Shown here in pieces: positions 26,410 through 40,451 of a stretch of DNA of 64,000 nucleotides. The stretch is from the human T2T-CHM13v2.0 reference genome, Homo sapiens, in assembly GCF_009914755.1 (NCBI RefSeq), contig NC_060931.1; one strand, given 5' to 3'. The notes under the pieces were generated by a model. It ran no database searches, was not told where the DNA came from, and worked only from the letters and a program-made list of their open reading frames with translations. The position numbers and the translations under genes were made by a program. How positions within the stretch are numbered: position 1 is the stretch's first letter; each line of letters starts with the position of its first letter.

Positions 26410-27141
26410 AAATCAAAAGCACCATGAGATACCATCCTCACCCAGTCAGAATGGCTATTACTAAAAAGTCAAAAATCAGCAGGTGCTGATGAGGCTGTGG
26501 AGAAAAGGGAATACTTACACACTGTTGGTGGGAATGTAAATTAGTTCAACCACTGCGGAAAATAGTTTGGAGATTTCTCAAAGAACTTACAACTGAACTA
26601 CCATTCAACCCAGCAATCCCATTACTGGGTATACACCCAAAGGAAAATAAAACATTCTACCAAAAAGACACCTGTGTGCATATGTTCATCATAATAGTAA
26701 AGACATTCACAGTAGTAAAGACATGAAATAAACCTAGATGCCCATTAACAGTGGACTGGATAAAGAAAATGTAGTACATATACACCATGAAATATTATGC
26801 AGCCATAAAAAAGAACAAGATCATGTATTTGCACAACATGGATGCAGCTAGAGTGTATTATCCCAAGTGAATTTAAGTAGGAACAGAAAACCGAATACTG
26901 CATGTTCTCAATTGTAAGTGGGAGCTAAACATTGAGTACTCATGGGCAACAAGATGGAAATGATAGCTGCTGGGAAACACTCACATGGAGGAGGGGATGG
27001 TTGAAAAACTGCCTATCAGTTACTATCCTCACTACCTGGGTGGCAGGATCATTTGTACACCAAACCTCAGTGAGACACAATATGCCCATGTAACGAACCT
27101 TGCACATGTACCCCGAACCTAAAATAAAAGTTGAAAAAAAA
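26410..27141 (+). mobile_element. L1PA15/16-like 3' end
   Basis: ORF2 end and 3'UTR ending GAACCTAAAATAAAAGTTGAAAAAAAA; TSD TTGCCTTCTTTG/TTGCCATCTTTG. Confidence 0.9.
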
Positions 27142-27185
27142 TTGCCATCTTTGTAAAATGAGAACTAAATAATCTTTAGTTATAT

Positions 27186-27581
27186 ATTTATGAGTTTACT
27201 AGGGCTGGCCATAACAAAGCTATGCCCAAACAACAGATTGTGTGGCTTTAACAAAAGAAATTAGTTTTCTCACAATTCCAGAGGCTAGAACTCTGAGATG
27301 ATGATGATGATTATTCAAGCAGAGGCCTCTGTCCTTTGCTTGAACATGGGAATCATCTTTCTGTATCTTCATATGATCTTCCCTCTGTGTGTGTGTATGT
27401 GCTAATCTTCTCTTGTTAAAAGTCATATTGGATTAGGGCCCCATTTTAACCCCATTTAATGACTCCATTTTAACTTACCTATGTCTTTAAACATCTTATG
27501 TCCAAATACAGTTTCATTGAGAGATACCAAGGTTTAGGTCTTCAACATATAAACTTTGGCAAGACAACTCAGATCATAACA
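27186..27581 (-). mobile_element. MaLR LTR MLT1A/B
   Basis: CTAGGGCTGGCCATAACAAAG, CATATTGGATTAGGGCCC, CTTCAACATAT..CATAACA. Confidence 0.75.
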
Positions 27582-27953
27582 ATAATCTGTATATAACAGA
27601 CATAATAATTGTATATAACAGATATATCCATATAATCTAATTTCTATACATCAATATTTATAAATTTTATTGTCTTTAAGATGCCTATATGTTCATTTTG
27701 AAAATAATCTAAGACTCTTCAGTGTGTTTTATAAAGTTTATAAGAAAATAATGACACAAAAATATATTTCTAAAACAATGTCAATGATCTTGAAAAATAA
27801 TAGATTATGTGAAATAAAGTTTTAGTCTAAAAAGGACAAAATTAGTTGTTATATCTTTGGAAAGACAGAAGGTAGATTGCATAGATTCTATAGATCTATA
27901 CCAGTCACTCTGATGTAATCATGCCCAATATCTAGCTTTGGTTATTAAAATAT

Positions 27954-27956
<3 letters not shown>

Positions 27957-27988
<32 letters not shown>
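27957..27988. repeat. (CA)16 microsatellite
   Basis: Directly visible. Confidence 0.97.
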
Positions 27989-27989
<1 letters not shown>

Positions 27990-29209
27990 GCACTTTCCAT
28001 CACTAGGGACAAACATCTATTCTCTAACACAGAGTACATTTAACTTATATTTTTATAATCTTGTAATCAGTACTAGACAGACACACATTTGGTAGACATC
28101 GAATTTCACCAAAGGATTGAATACTATTTCTCTTAAGTTAATGAAAAAAATGGAAGCATGTATGCTACATACACTGTTAGACTGGTTCATTCTTAGTAAA
28201 TTCCAAGACAGTAGACTTTAACATGGAGGAGAATCGCACAAGTTGTATTTTGTAATTCTGTCCTTCACCCACAGTTATTATTATCTATGATTCAGCTGAG
28301 GGCATTGATAACATTCTATCTTTAAGATTATGAAACAAATGGAATATAATTATTCAAAATAATTTTGAAAGGCAAAACAATAAGATGAATCGTATAATGA
28401 CAATAACTAAAAAGCTTTATTCATTCTAGGAAAAACTAATTCAAAAGTGTGGGATCAAAATACTTATAGGAAATATAGGTGGAAGTAATTTGAGTATACA
28501 ACATCAATATTTTTCAATAGTGTGATGAGCTTATGGTAATTTAGGTTATGGTACAGAATGAAAATATGTAGATAAGAGCTCTCTGGTTCCTCTTAAATCT
28601 TGATCAATCAAACAACAATGGGTATAATACATTTCGTTCCAATTGTAAGACACTGTGAGGAATACATAAAGATTTTTAAATGCAGTTTAAAGAGTGACAA
28701 GGGTTCTTGAAACAAACAAAAAATGCTTGGGATTATTTACCCTTGTGATGTGCACATACAAGTGCTACAGCTATTTAATTGATTTATTTTCTGTCAAAAT
28801 AAGAAGCTTAGAGTGACATAGTGGATAAAAATGAAATTCATATTTGTGTTAGCTCAATAAAAAGATTTTCTGAACCGAGTGTTGGATAATGACACATGCC
28901 TGTGTCTGTAAGCATTGAAAGAGATCTTTACAATATTGTATAAGGAATTTGAAAAGATTTTATTTAAGTTCCCTTCTAAATGTAGAATGTTATATTAAAT
29001 TATGATATAGGTCAGAGAAGAGTTCTGATTAATATTTATAGTTGCTTTCTTTAGAGGACTTAATGCATAAACTAAACTCACGTTGAAGCCCTGAACATGC
29101 AGGGTGATAATCATCTCAGGTCATTTCCATGACATATATTTAAAGTTTCTCAAATTATAAACATGTTGTACTTGATATATAAGAAATATACTTTTCAGAC
29201 ATTTTAAAC

Positions 29210-31185
29210 TTTTAAAAAATTTTTGAATAATGCTAGATTCACTGAAGAATTGCAAAGATAGTATGAAGAGTTCCCAGGGACGTTCCCTTAGCTTCCCCTA
29301 ATGTTAACATTTTACACAACTGTAATCCAAAATTATTAAATTAATGCAAAATTAAAAAATTACCATTGGCATAATACTATTACCTAAACAGCATCTTTAG
29401 ATTTTATGAGCTTCCCGATTAATATCCTTTTATTTCTCCAGGATCTGACTTAAGAGACTGCATTGAATTCAATCGTCATGTCTCCTTAGTTTCCAGTCTG
29501 TGAAAATTTCTCAATCTTCCTGTTTACATAACCTTGAGAATTTTGAAGAGTATGGTTCAGGCATTTTGTAGAATGTCCCTCAGTTTGAGTCTCTGAAGTT
29601 TTATCATGGCTATATTGGAGCTATAGGTTGTTTTTCAGAGCATCATAGAGATGAAGTGTCTCTATCACATAAAATGTGAGAATATGTGACACCAACACAG
29701 CATGACTTATCACACAGCATTCACCTTGGTCACTTGATTAAGGCATTGTCTGGCATAAAGTTACTATCCTAACTTTCCAGACTATGTCCTTGAAAAGAGA
29801 ATCACTAAGTCAAACTCACACTCCAGGAAAGAGGAATTAAGCTACACCTCATGGTGTTTGGAAGGAAGTTATTTTCATATTTTATTTGAATTTTCCTGTA
29901 AAGAATTGTGTCTTTTGCCAATATATTTATTTAATCACTTATTTACAGCAATATGAACTTTCATTCTTTGAAATGAATATTTCATTCTTTGAGATCTCTA
30001 CAACAATACCATTATTATTATTATTCAAATTCAAATTCTAGATTTGTACATTGAGGGATTTTTTTAGGTTATCTTCTGTGTCCTTTAGAAATGCCTCTAT
30101 CTTTTTTCTTTCTTTCTTTCTTTGGTAGAAACAAAGCACATCTTACTTTCTGACATAACAAGATACTACAAGCTCATCGTGTATTTATCATCCCAACTCT
30201 AAAATCAGCTCTTCTTCCAAAATTTCTGTTTCTTTTAATTGGAGGGTGGCATTTAGAAACCAAAATCCGGGCACTAGGCGTGTTCATTGCTGCTGGGGGC
30301 TCACTGCTTCTAGGCACTCTTGGCAAACAGAGCTAAGAGATACAGGTATGTATAGCAGCCCAGGTATACATTCATATTTGTATTTATTTGTGTGTTATCT
30401 AAATATACATTAAGATAAATGAGCTTATACTGATACTTCCAAAGCTAATTCAGCACCATAGGATTGATTTTATTTGTCCATGATGTTTATGAGTAACTTC
30501 TTCTTCTGAAAGTGAGAATCCTAGCCCCTGTTATTTATGATTTATTTCCTTATTTCTTCAACTCTAGTATATGTGTAAAATAGTTTCAGAATTGGCAACA
30601 TATATCCCTGTAAGAAGAAAGTTTGCCAACTAGGGTACAATGTTTTTGTACAGTTTCTTTTATTCTTAGCTTCCTGGTGTTCACTGGAGATACTGTTTTC
30701 CAAAGGAATTTAGGTCACTTCCTTTCTCTACGCCCTCTTAAGTGACATATTTAATGCATTTAGGCTAATTTTTTGCAGAGTACATTTTATTCTTGGATCC
30801 ACTGACATCCTGCTTTTTAAAAAATTGTACACAGTAAAATTTATAATGTACATTTCTATTGGTTTTGACAAACAAATGTAGTTTTTATCAAGCACCATTA
30901 TATCATACAGAACAGTGTTTTTATTATAAACATTTTCTTTAGAATTAATCCCTTTATTCTCACTAACCGCTGAATTATATTCTGCCTCTATCATTTTGAT
31001 TTTTTTCTTATTGTCATACAAATGAAATCATGCTATATGTGGCCTTCTGGGTTTAGATTGTTTCACCTAACAAAATGCATTTAAAATTCATTCAAATTGT
31101 TGTGTAAATTGATAGTATTTTTCTTTTTCTTTTTGAATACTAAGTATTCCATTGTATGGGTATATGACAGGCTGTTAATTCATTC
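29210..31185 (-). mobile_element. L1MC3/4-type long 3'UTR
   Basis: TAGATTCACTGAAGAATTGCAAAGATAGTA, CATTTTGTAGAATGTCCCTCAGTTTG, GGCATTTAGAAACCAAAATC. Confidence 0.75.
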
Positions 31186-33050
31186 CGTCTTGAACTTCCC
31201 AGCTTCTAGAACTGTAATAAATAAATTTATGTTCTTTACAAACCAGCCAGTTTCTGGAATTGTTGTTATAGCAGCCCAAGTGGACTAAGACAAGTGGTAG
31301 ACTTACAGTGGGTGAGCTTTATGGTATATGAATTATATCTCAATAAAGCTGTTAAACATAAAAAGAAAAAAAAGCTAAAAGTGATTTTCTTAAAAATTAA
31401 TTAAACCAATAATTTTAGTGAGGCAGAACAAGAAAAAGAAAAGGAGAAAACACAAATTACCAATATCAGGATTGAAAAAGAAACTATAACTACATGTCCT
31501 ACAGATATTAAAAAGGTAAGGAGGATATCTTATTTTTTAGTAATTATGAACCAAGTTGCTACAAATATTCACACAGGCTTATATACATATACGTATACGT
31601 ATACGTATACATATGCATATACAATAGTACCTACTCATGTTCAATGAATAGGTTATTATTTTTTCATGTGACATTTTCAGAACTTAAATCATTTTCATTC
31701 AGCATAAATTTCACTATAAATCCTAATCCATAATGCCAATAGGATCAAATAAAAAATTGGGTGGTCTTTTTCTGTCTAAATCACATTTTATGTTAACAAT
31801 ATTTATATGTAAATTTTGCTAAAATAAATGTCCGCATTTTTTGTTGTTGTATTTGTGTGGTTGCAGCTATACATGTTTTATAAAAATAAATAGAGATAAG
31901 AAGGGGCTAGGAAGATTAATTGATTGAGATAGCAGTAAGGATATTTTATGGTTGGTGGAAGAAAGTTAAATTAAAATTTGAAAATAGTCCTGAAATGCTC
32001 CGTGAGAATAATGGACTAGAATGCAAAAGAAGTACTGGTAACTAATGATGTATTTTTGGATAGATAAGATCAAGAAACATTGCTGAGGAATCTGAAACCA
32101 GATTTGAGATTTCACCTATAGGGTAAAGAAACTATTTTAGAATACCTGTAAATTCTTGCACTAATATATTTGGATTCTAGGATCACACTTCTTTCTTATA
32201 AATCAATTTCTCTCACAATTATTTATACCATTATGGCGGAAGTAATTTGTTCCATACCTAAACAGAATTACATTCTATTTACACTAGAAATCAATCTATG
32301 ATGGATGATACAGTAATAATGTATTAGAAAGTACCAAATATGTATCTATTGTACAAGTTTAAATTATCTTTAGCATTATAACAACGACCATAGGGTTATT
32401 AAAATTCTTATTCTACAGCTCCCAAAACAATTTATTTAAAATCCTTGAACATTAGAAAACAATAAATTTTATTTTTCCCACTCTGTCCTTGAAGATCTTA
32501 ATTGCTATTCATCCATAATAAATGTAAGGAAATGTAAAAGCAAATCAAAATAAAACAAAACAACAAAAACTAGAAGAACTGGTGGACCAAGAAACTCTGA
32601 GGGGAGGTTGCCTGAATTTCATTAGCCACTTTGAAACTGCTGAGGAACGAATGAGCCATCACAACAGCCCAGGCAAGGTGCTGCCACATCAGCAGACACA
32701 GCATCAGCTGGACAAAAGGAATCACGACATTAAAATTGTAACACAGGCAGGCAATTCCTAATTTCCTTTTTCTAAAAACAAATGATTTTTGAGCTAATAC
32801 TTACACTACTCACATATTGTTGTTTAAATATTATAGATTCTGCTTCTGGCCCGGGGGCTGGTAATCCCTCAGCTTAGTACTTCTAATTAATACCACATTC
32901 TGATTGCTGACAACAGGTTACCCAGTCTGGGTCATAACTATAAAGCCATCCCGGGAACCACCAGGAATGAGTCACATTTTGGCTTCTTTTGTTTATTTTC
33001 TGGTTAGTGAAATATCTTGTATTATATAACTGACATGCTACATAAGTGTG

Positions 33051-33052
<2 letters not shown>

Positions 33053-33086
<34 letters not shown>
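33053..33086. repeat. (TG)17 microsatellite
   Basis: Directly visible. Confidence 0.97.
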
Positions 33087-33091
<5 letters not shown>

Positions 33092-33454
33092 ACAGTTAGC
33101 CATTTATCCTAAATTTAGGCACATTAGACATGCCATCTAGGAGTAATGGTGATTATTTTTATTTAATTCTGCCTCAGAGCCCCAGCATGCTGAGTGAACA
33201 CAGTAGTCACAGACCTTAACCCACCTAGAGTCAATCTACCTCGAAGATCAGTTCTGAGTATCTCCTAGAACACATTTCTAACTGGAAGATCCGAGGAGCA
33301 TAGCAGCTACATTAAAAGAAAGAAGACTCTGGTGTGCTTTCCATAATTGTATATATAAAATGCCTGCTCCCATTATTTTCCTTGTCATCCACCTTGTTCA
33401 CTCTACAATTCTAAGTTCCATTGCTCCCATGGTGGAGAAGTGGTGTTTCAGTGC

Positions 33455-33840
33455 AATCGTTAGGATATTGCTCACCATTTAACCAACAAAGCCCAAAACA
33501 CAGTGGCTTAGTACAATGGAAGTTTATTTCTTTCTTATGAAAAGTATAAAACTGTCATTTCAAAGTAGTGTAAAGTTCTCCATTAAAGGATACCCATAAC
33601 ATCTGGTGGCTCCACTACTTTCCACATAAGGTTTGTGAGGTTGTGCAGTGGTCCTGCATCAGGATGCAGCAGGAGAAAGAGCTGAGACAGGAGGAGATGA
33701 GCCAGTTGATGGGGTGGCTTCAAAGGCAGCATCTATCATCCCACTGAATTCCATTGGTCAGAACTCACTGCAGGTCTGAGAACTGTAGTTCCTATATGTA
33801 TTCAGCTATGAATTGAAGTGGGATGGGCATTTTTCCACAA
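33455..33840 (-). mobile_element. Old MaLR LTR (MLT1K/L-like)
   Basis: CCCAAAACACAGTGGCTTA..GAAGTTTATTTCT, TTCCATTGGTCAGAACT, TGAGAACTGTAGT. Confidence 0.5.
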
Positions 33841-36319
33841 TGGTTAGGATAATTTTCACCGCAAATACTTTTCTACATTTTTATAAAGTTGACCGGCACC
33901 TGTGTTATTAGCCATAACAAATGGCCATCAATTTTCCCCAGTTTGATAATCAGCACAGCTAGACTCTGTAGAAAGATCTCTTTGCTGTTAAGTGACCACA
34001 AATGACTAAATTCACATTGAACTGCACCAGCAGGAGAGGGCTAGCCCTGAATGTGTCAAAGTAGACACTCTCCATATACCTCAGGTTTTATTATCTGCCT
34101 GAAGTTAGCATACTGGTTTCCCCAGGAAAGCCTTTAACCATGAATAAATGAGATCCTATGGAGTTTACCATACACAGCAGAAATACTACCCTGACTCCAT
34201 AATCACTGCACTGAAAAAAAAAATTAAATGCTCGTCTGTATCTCCTTTATCTGCACTTATATCCCCAATAAGATAAAGTCAAAAAAAATCACCCTTGAAA
34301 TGACCCATTACCCAAGAGAAGATAAAAACAACATATGAAGTAAGATCTAGAATTAGGATTGGACTAGGAACTTTGAAGTTTCCAATAAAGGGGCTCAGTA
34401 TGTTGCAGAATTGGAGTTGACATTTTCTAAGAAAATTGCATATAAACCTAATCAAGGGAGAACCACAAAGTTAGTAATCCACAAGAAAAGAGGTAAAACT
34501 TAGAATAATATATACTGGTGCCTATGGAGGTCTCCACAGACGCATCTCTAGAGATGTATATCTTATGTTTGATATATGAAGCTAAGTTTAGCCAATTTAG
34601 GTGCATAATAACCTACGCCAAACTAGAATTCATTCTAATCAAACTTTTCCAAGAGATTACGCCTTGAATGATGCTGGAGGCAGTGGAGAAGGATGTAAAC
34701 AGAACTGTCGGTATCATTAAGTGCCCTTGGTATCCTGGGTAAAGTGCGTTCACTGAGTAGCCCATGTCCCCACGTCAGCCTTGGCGCTGAGGTGGCAAAC
34801 GTGTCCCCAGATCACAATCTTGTCAGAGCTTCCTCGCATTCCTCTAGCAGAGGTGTGAGTGAGAGGCAGAGCCTCTAAGAGAACTGAGACCCACCCAGGG
34901 ACTGGAAAACGTCACATCCTTTTTTCTAACAAGCCAGAATAGCCCCTGACCACTGTCTTTGCATGTGTGAAAAAATATTTTGGTACACTACACATAAAAA
35001 GTTGAAAAGTTTCCTGAACGCACTGTACCAATGTTCTTGTCTCTCACCCTGTGCTTTTGGGACAAGTGAGAGGAAGAGTCAGTAGGGTTACAAGGAAGCC
35101 TCTTCTCTTCCTGCTACCATGCCTGGACTCACAGATCTACCCCATTTCCAAACCAGCCCCCAAATAATCTAGATTTTAAATAAAAATATTAAGTCGGCTC
35201 TGTAGCTGTCTGACCGAGGTAAAATTTCTCCAGGGTGATTCAAGAGCTCCTCTATCATTCCCTGAGCCTCCACCCTGACAGCGCCTTTTGTGACAATGGC
35301 ACACCTCTGCCTCAAGTTTTCAGGCGAGTCATGTGTGATCTTTATCTGAGCCAGAAGACCTGGTACCTGGGCCGACTCTGGGATGGTTGTAGAGACGCAC
35401 AGCCAGTGCAGGGCTCCCGAGCCTCAGGCCTGTATCAAACTTTCTTCTCCTGTCCTGGCCCCAACCCAGCAGGAGTCCACATGCCCTGGACTGCTTGTGC
35501 TGTAGGGATCATTTTGAGCTTCATTTCTACAAGCTGGCTTCTTCGCATGAGGATGCGAGGCTTCCTTCCTTTTGCCTCCCTTCCTTCCCTCAATCTAAGA
35601 CTGGAATCTCTACGTTAAATCCCAGCGACACCCCCAGCTTCTTGAAGGAGAGACGTTATTGAAGGAGATTTCCTTCCTGGATCATGAAAAGCTGTCCTTT
35701 GGACCCTCCTCTGCGGGTCTGGGGACTCTGGCTGCCTCATACTCACCCCGTTCAGTGTCCTGAGTTCTGCCTGCTTGACTGAACACCCCTGGCTCTCTCA
35801 ACCTGATCTAGTCCCTTTTCCTGCACACTTTCTCTTGTTGGAAATAACAAGAAAATACTAATTATAAGACAAATTCAAGGTATAATTATTAAACATTTGA
35901 ATGAACATAAATTAATTGTGAAATTTTGTCAGTTTCAAAAAAAAAAACATAATAACACAGAAAACTAAGACCGTGTTTCTAGAAGTAAAAAGCTCTCAGA
36001 GTAGAAATGAATAAAGAAATGAGATTTTTCTAATCATTTTTTTCCTATCAGCAGGAATAAGTACTCATATAGGCCCTATCAAGAGCTACCTGGCTTTCTC
36101 CAAAACACACTCTGCTGTCCTTGGTGCATTTCATAGCTATGTCCCTGGACCAGCAGTCCGAATTCTCTGTCTGGCAGTAATCCTGGCATTCTGCTAGTGG
36201 AGGCAGGTGCAATTTAGAACATTGTCATCATGATAAATACTAAACATACCACTTAAGAAGAAGATTTTTTAGAATTCTTTGTTTTTGTGACCTTTTAGTT
36301 ACAGCAAGAGGCAAATTAT

Positions 36320-36481
36320 GGCTGGGTGTGGTGGTGCGTGCCTGTAGTCCCAGCTACTCCAGAGGCTGAGGCAGGAGGATCGCTTGAGTGGGGGAGGTTG
36401 AGGTTGAAATAAGCCATGATCACACCACGGCACTCAGCATGGGTGGCAAATCTGGAGACCTTGTCTAGAAAACAAAAGAAA
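36320..36481 (+). mobile_element. Free Alu monomer (FRAM/FAM-like)
   Basis: Single right-arm-like monomer with A tail and TSD AAGAGGCAAATTA/AGGAGTCAAATTA. Confidence 0.8.
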
Positions 36482-36839
36482 AGGAGTCAAATTAGATGAA
36501 ATGTCTGATGTATTTAATATACCCTAGATTATTTTTGTAGGTTCTTACTTTTGTAGGTCCTTTAACTGCCACTGTGAATTAGAACGAAGATGCACATCTA
36601 TTTTCCTATAGAATAAATGGAATTAGTGCCTGCAAAAGAATGATGTAGAGATGACATTTTGGTCCTTCCTAACAAATAATTGTCCAAGTGGAACTTAGAC
36701 TTTGACCAATCAAATAATAAAAGGGACAATTGCCTAATTCATCTGCGTAGGCATTATGGAATTGTTGTGGAACAGACATTGTCTGTCTGTGTGAAGCCTC
36801 CTGCTCACTCGTTGAAATACTTCTATAAAAGCGATATGC

Positions 36840-37137
<298 letters not shown>

Positions 37138-37729
37138 GCAATATGCTCAGGAAATCTGACAAAGACCAACACTCTTCAAAGAGTCCCTGCTCCTAGATTT
37201 CCATCAGCCTGCTGCTGTCACTGCTTCCTGTTCTCATAACTGGAATTCAGCATGGGGAATGCCAACACCACTTGCAGGAAAAAACTGTGTCCTTTTTCCC
37301 TCAGCTTCTGCACTGAAAAGTTGGTTTACGTTAGATAAGGAACTGGAACTTCTCAGTGCTTTATATCTTTATTTGTCAGATGAAAGTATTCATCTTTGCC
37401 ATTTGCATTACAAGGTATGACATATAAATGAAATTTTAATATTGGCACTTTAAGATTTTCCCCATGGGACTAAAGTCTCTGCTAGCAATTCTTTGTCACC
37501 TTTTCTTACATCTAAAACTGAATATTAATTACTTCAAAAATGGCTATAAAATTGTTAGAACTCCTTAAATAATGCAATATATATGTACTACTATATCTTT
37601 ATAATCCATTTCATCAATAGAATTATTAAATATTCCCAGCACTCTAATAGTCAGATCACAGAAAATATTCAGTTTGAATTTGATGTGCCATTGCTACTCC
37701 CCTGATATGTGTGTGCTCTGGATTTTTAA

Positions 37730-38048
<319 letters not shown>

Positions 38049-38527
38049 TTAAATTCATTTTCGCTTTTGTCAAAGGAATCAGTGTTCAGGGCGAGACTAT
38101 ATGAAAGCACATACAAGCACACAGAGCACATGGAGCGTGCTTTGAGTCCAGGCCCACAGGTTTAGCTTTACCCTTGTTCTCATTCACCGAGCCTGTTTCA
38201 CATGGCCTCTTTCCAGAATTAAGCCAGTGCATTGCTCTTCCAATGAGTTGTTGGACTGTGAACAACGTTTTGTGAACTCTTAACAGGCTCCAAGGCTGGT
38301 TCATTTCACTGTGAACCAGTGAACACTGAAATGAACACGAAACACCAGTGAACACAAAAGAAAGTGAACACTGGCACAATGTTCACTTTCTTTCAGCCAA
38401 AATAGGATTCTTGTCTTTCCCGTCTCAAGGAACGGAAGAGTCTCTCCACAGCTTTTACAGTCTGAGTAAAAGCCTTGGTTCCCCACTTGAAACTCAAAAT
38501 CAGCCAATTTCTGAACATGTTAATTGA

Positions 38528-38716
38528 ATTAGTCAAGGATTAGCTTCTAGAGAAACAGAACGAATATAATAATAATTATGTATATAATTGATTCACATAA
38601 CTAAATATATATCACATGTATAATATATATTCCACAAAATACAAATATGGAGTATATATATTATTTTAAGGAAATGGCTCATGCATTGACTTGTGTGATT
38701 ATGTGGCCTGGCAAGT
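38528..38716 (-). mobile_element. MLT2 LTR fragment
   Basis: TTAGTCAAGG..CTAGAGAAACAGAAC, TATTTTAAGGAAATGGCTCATGC, CTGGCAAGT. Confidence 0.65.
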
Positions 38717-38729
38717 AAACAAATATATT

Positions 38730-39310
38730 TATAATTTAATTGTGCTAATTGCTATGGGGAAAAATAACAGACTGTTATGAGAAAGAAAAATGATGTTAGA
38801 GGAAAAAAGGTGAATGAGCTTTTTCCTTGGTAGACTAAAATACCTCTTTAAAAATACTTCCTGACTTACAAATGAGAACAACTCAACTGTGCAGAGAATG
38901 GGAAAAAAAAATACTTCCAGGGATACTTTTGTACCTGAAAGTCCTAAGGTAATAAAGAGCTTGGAGTGTTCAAGGAATGAAAAGAAGGTAATGTGTTCCG
39001 ATGAAAGAGGAGAGGGAATCCACTGCCTGGTGAATACACAGGATGTGGTGACGTGAGCGGTGAGAGATAGGAAAGGAATGGCAAGAGGCATCCAGAATTA
39101 GTACTGGTTGGATGTCAGCCTTGCCTGCTGAAATTAGGAAGAAAAGAATAGGTTTGTAGGGCTTTGGCAGGACAAGATTGGAATATCAGGTCTCATCTTT
39201 CTTTAGCTGTTAGATATTCAAGTACAATGATCAGGGAGGCAATTAGACATAGGGCTTTGGATCTCAGAAGAGAAGTCTACACTGGAGACACTCTGGGAGT
39301 AGCATAGATA
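38730..39310 (-). mobile_element. L2 LINE fragment
   Basis: GAGCTTGGAGTGTTCAAGGAA, GGAGGCAATTAGACATA..GGATCTCAGAAGAGAAGTC. Confidence 0.55.
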
Positions 39311-40451
39311 CCATGATAATAGGAGGAACTCAATCCCTCAACTGGAGACAGTATGAGCGTGGGCTCCCTCTGCGGGGCCTATCAGTACTATGGGGAAATT
39401 GCAGCTACTATCAATCACTTCTCATTAAAGACTTTGAAACATAATTTTAATACCCTAAAATCATTCCAGTTATAGATCTATTGATTTCATTTTGAAAATG
39501 AGACTATTAGAGGTCAGCAAGGTCTGGGGTCAAATAAATAAATTTGGGAAAATTAAATCAAGTCGTGAAGATGCTCTATTTATATTTAGAAACCAATAAT
39601 ATTTAAAACTTGAGTGAATTATGGAGTACTATGTGCCAAAAGAGCTGTAGATCTCCATTTCACTGAGCCCCATAGTTTTCTTAAAAATACATCAAAATTA
39701 TCATTTACAAAATAACTTTTTAAAGAACGGTTTCCAACATTTGTGGATTTTTTAAAACCTTTAAATTGAAGTTTAATGTAAATACAGAAAAGTCACATAT
39801 CATTATATATCTCAACATACCAGTAGTATTCTTGATGAATTTTTTCAAACTGAATTTATATAACCAGCAGCAAGTCAAGAAACAAGACATGCCTAGCAAC
39901 TTGGAAGCTTTCTTCTTTATGCCCCCAGTCACCACAGCTCACCAAGAGCACCCATTAACCTGCTATCTGAGAACAGAGATCAGTTTTGCCTCAAACATTT
40001 GTTTTTGGTGTATGTATAAAAACAGACTTATTTTAGTAAACATAAGTATTCACAGTTAAACACTAAGAAAATAATTAATAGCCCTAGCAAGTAGAATAAA
40101 TATTACTCTTCCAACCCTATTGGTTTATAATTTTCATCTATGAGAAGCTTGTTAGACTAAGACTAAAAAAAACACAAAAATATTAATAATTGATTAAAAA
40201 ACAAAAACAAAAATCTTGTTCCTGTGACGAACCTTGTCACACAAATTACAGTGGTGAATATTAACTATAAGAACTACTGATGTGAAAATTTTTGGAAATT
40301 ATTACATTATTTATGTTTATCTTTCTAATTGTTTTTAAATGAAAAATAGTACAGTGGTCATTTTTTTCAATAATGGAATATACATTATGATATTCTCTCT
40401 GGGATGTATATAATTCATATGAAGCTGGCATTCCTCAAAGATCTAAAATGA

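Noticed and set aside
35235-35618. 127-aa ORF in GC-richer unique sequence
   Set aside because: Non-ATG start, no recognisable homology and no convincing splice-site pair.
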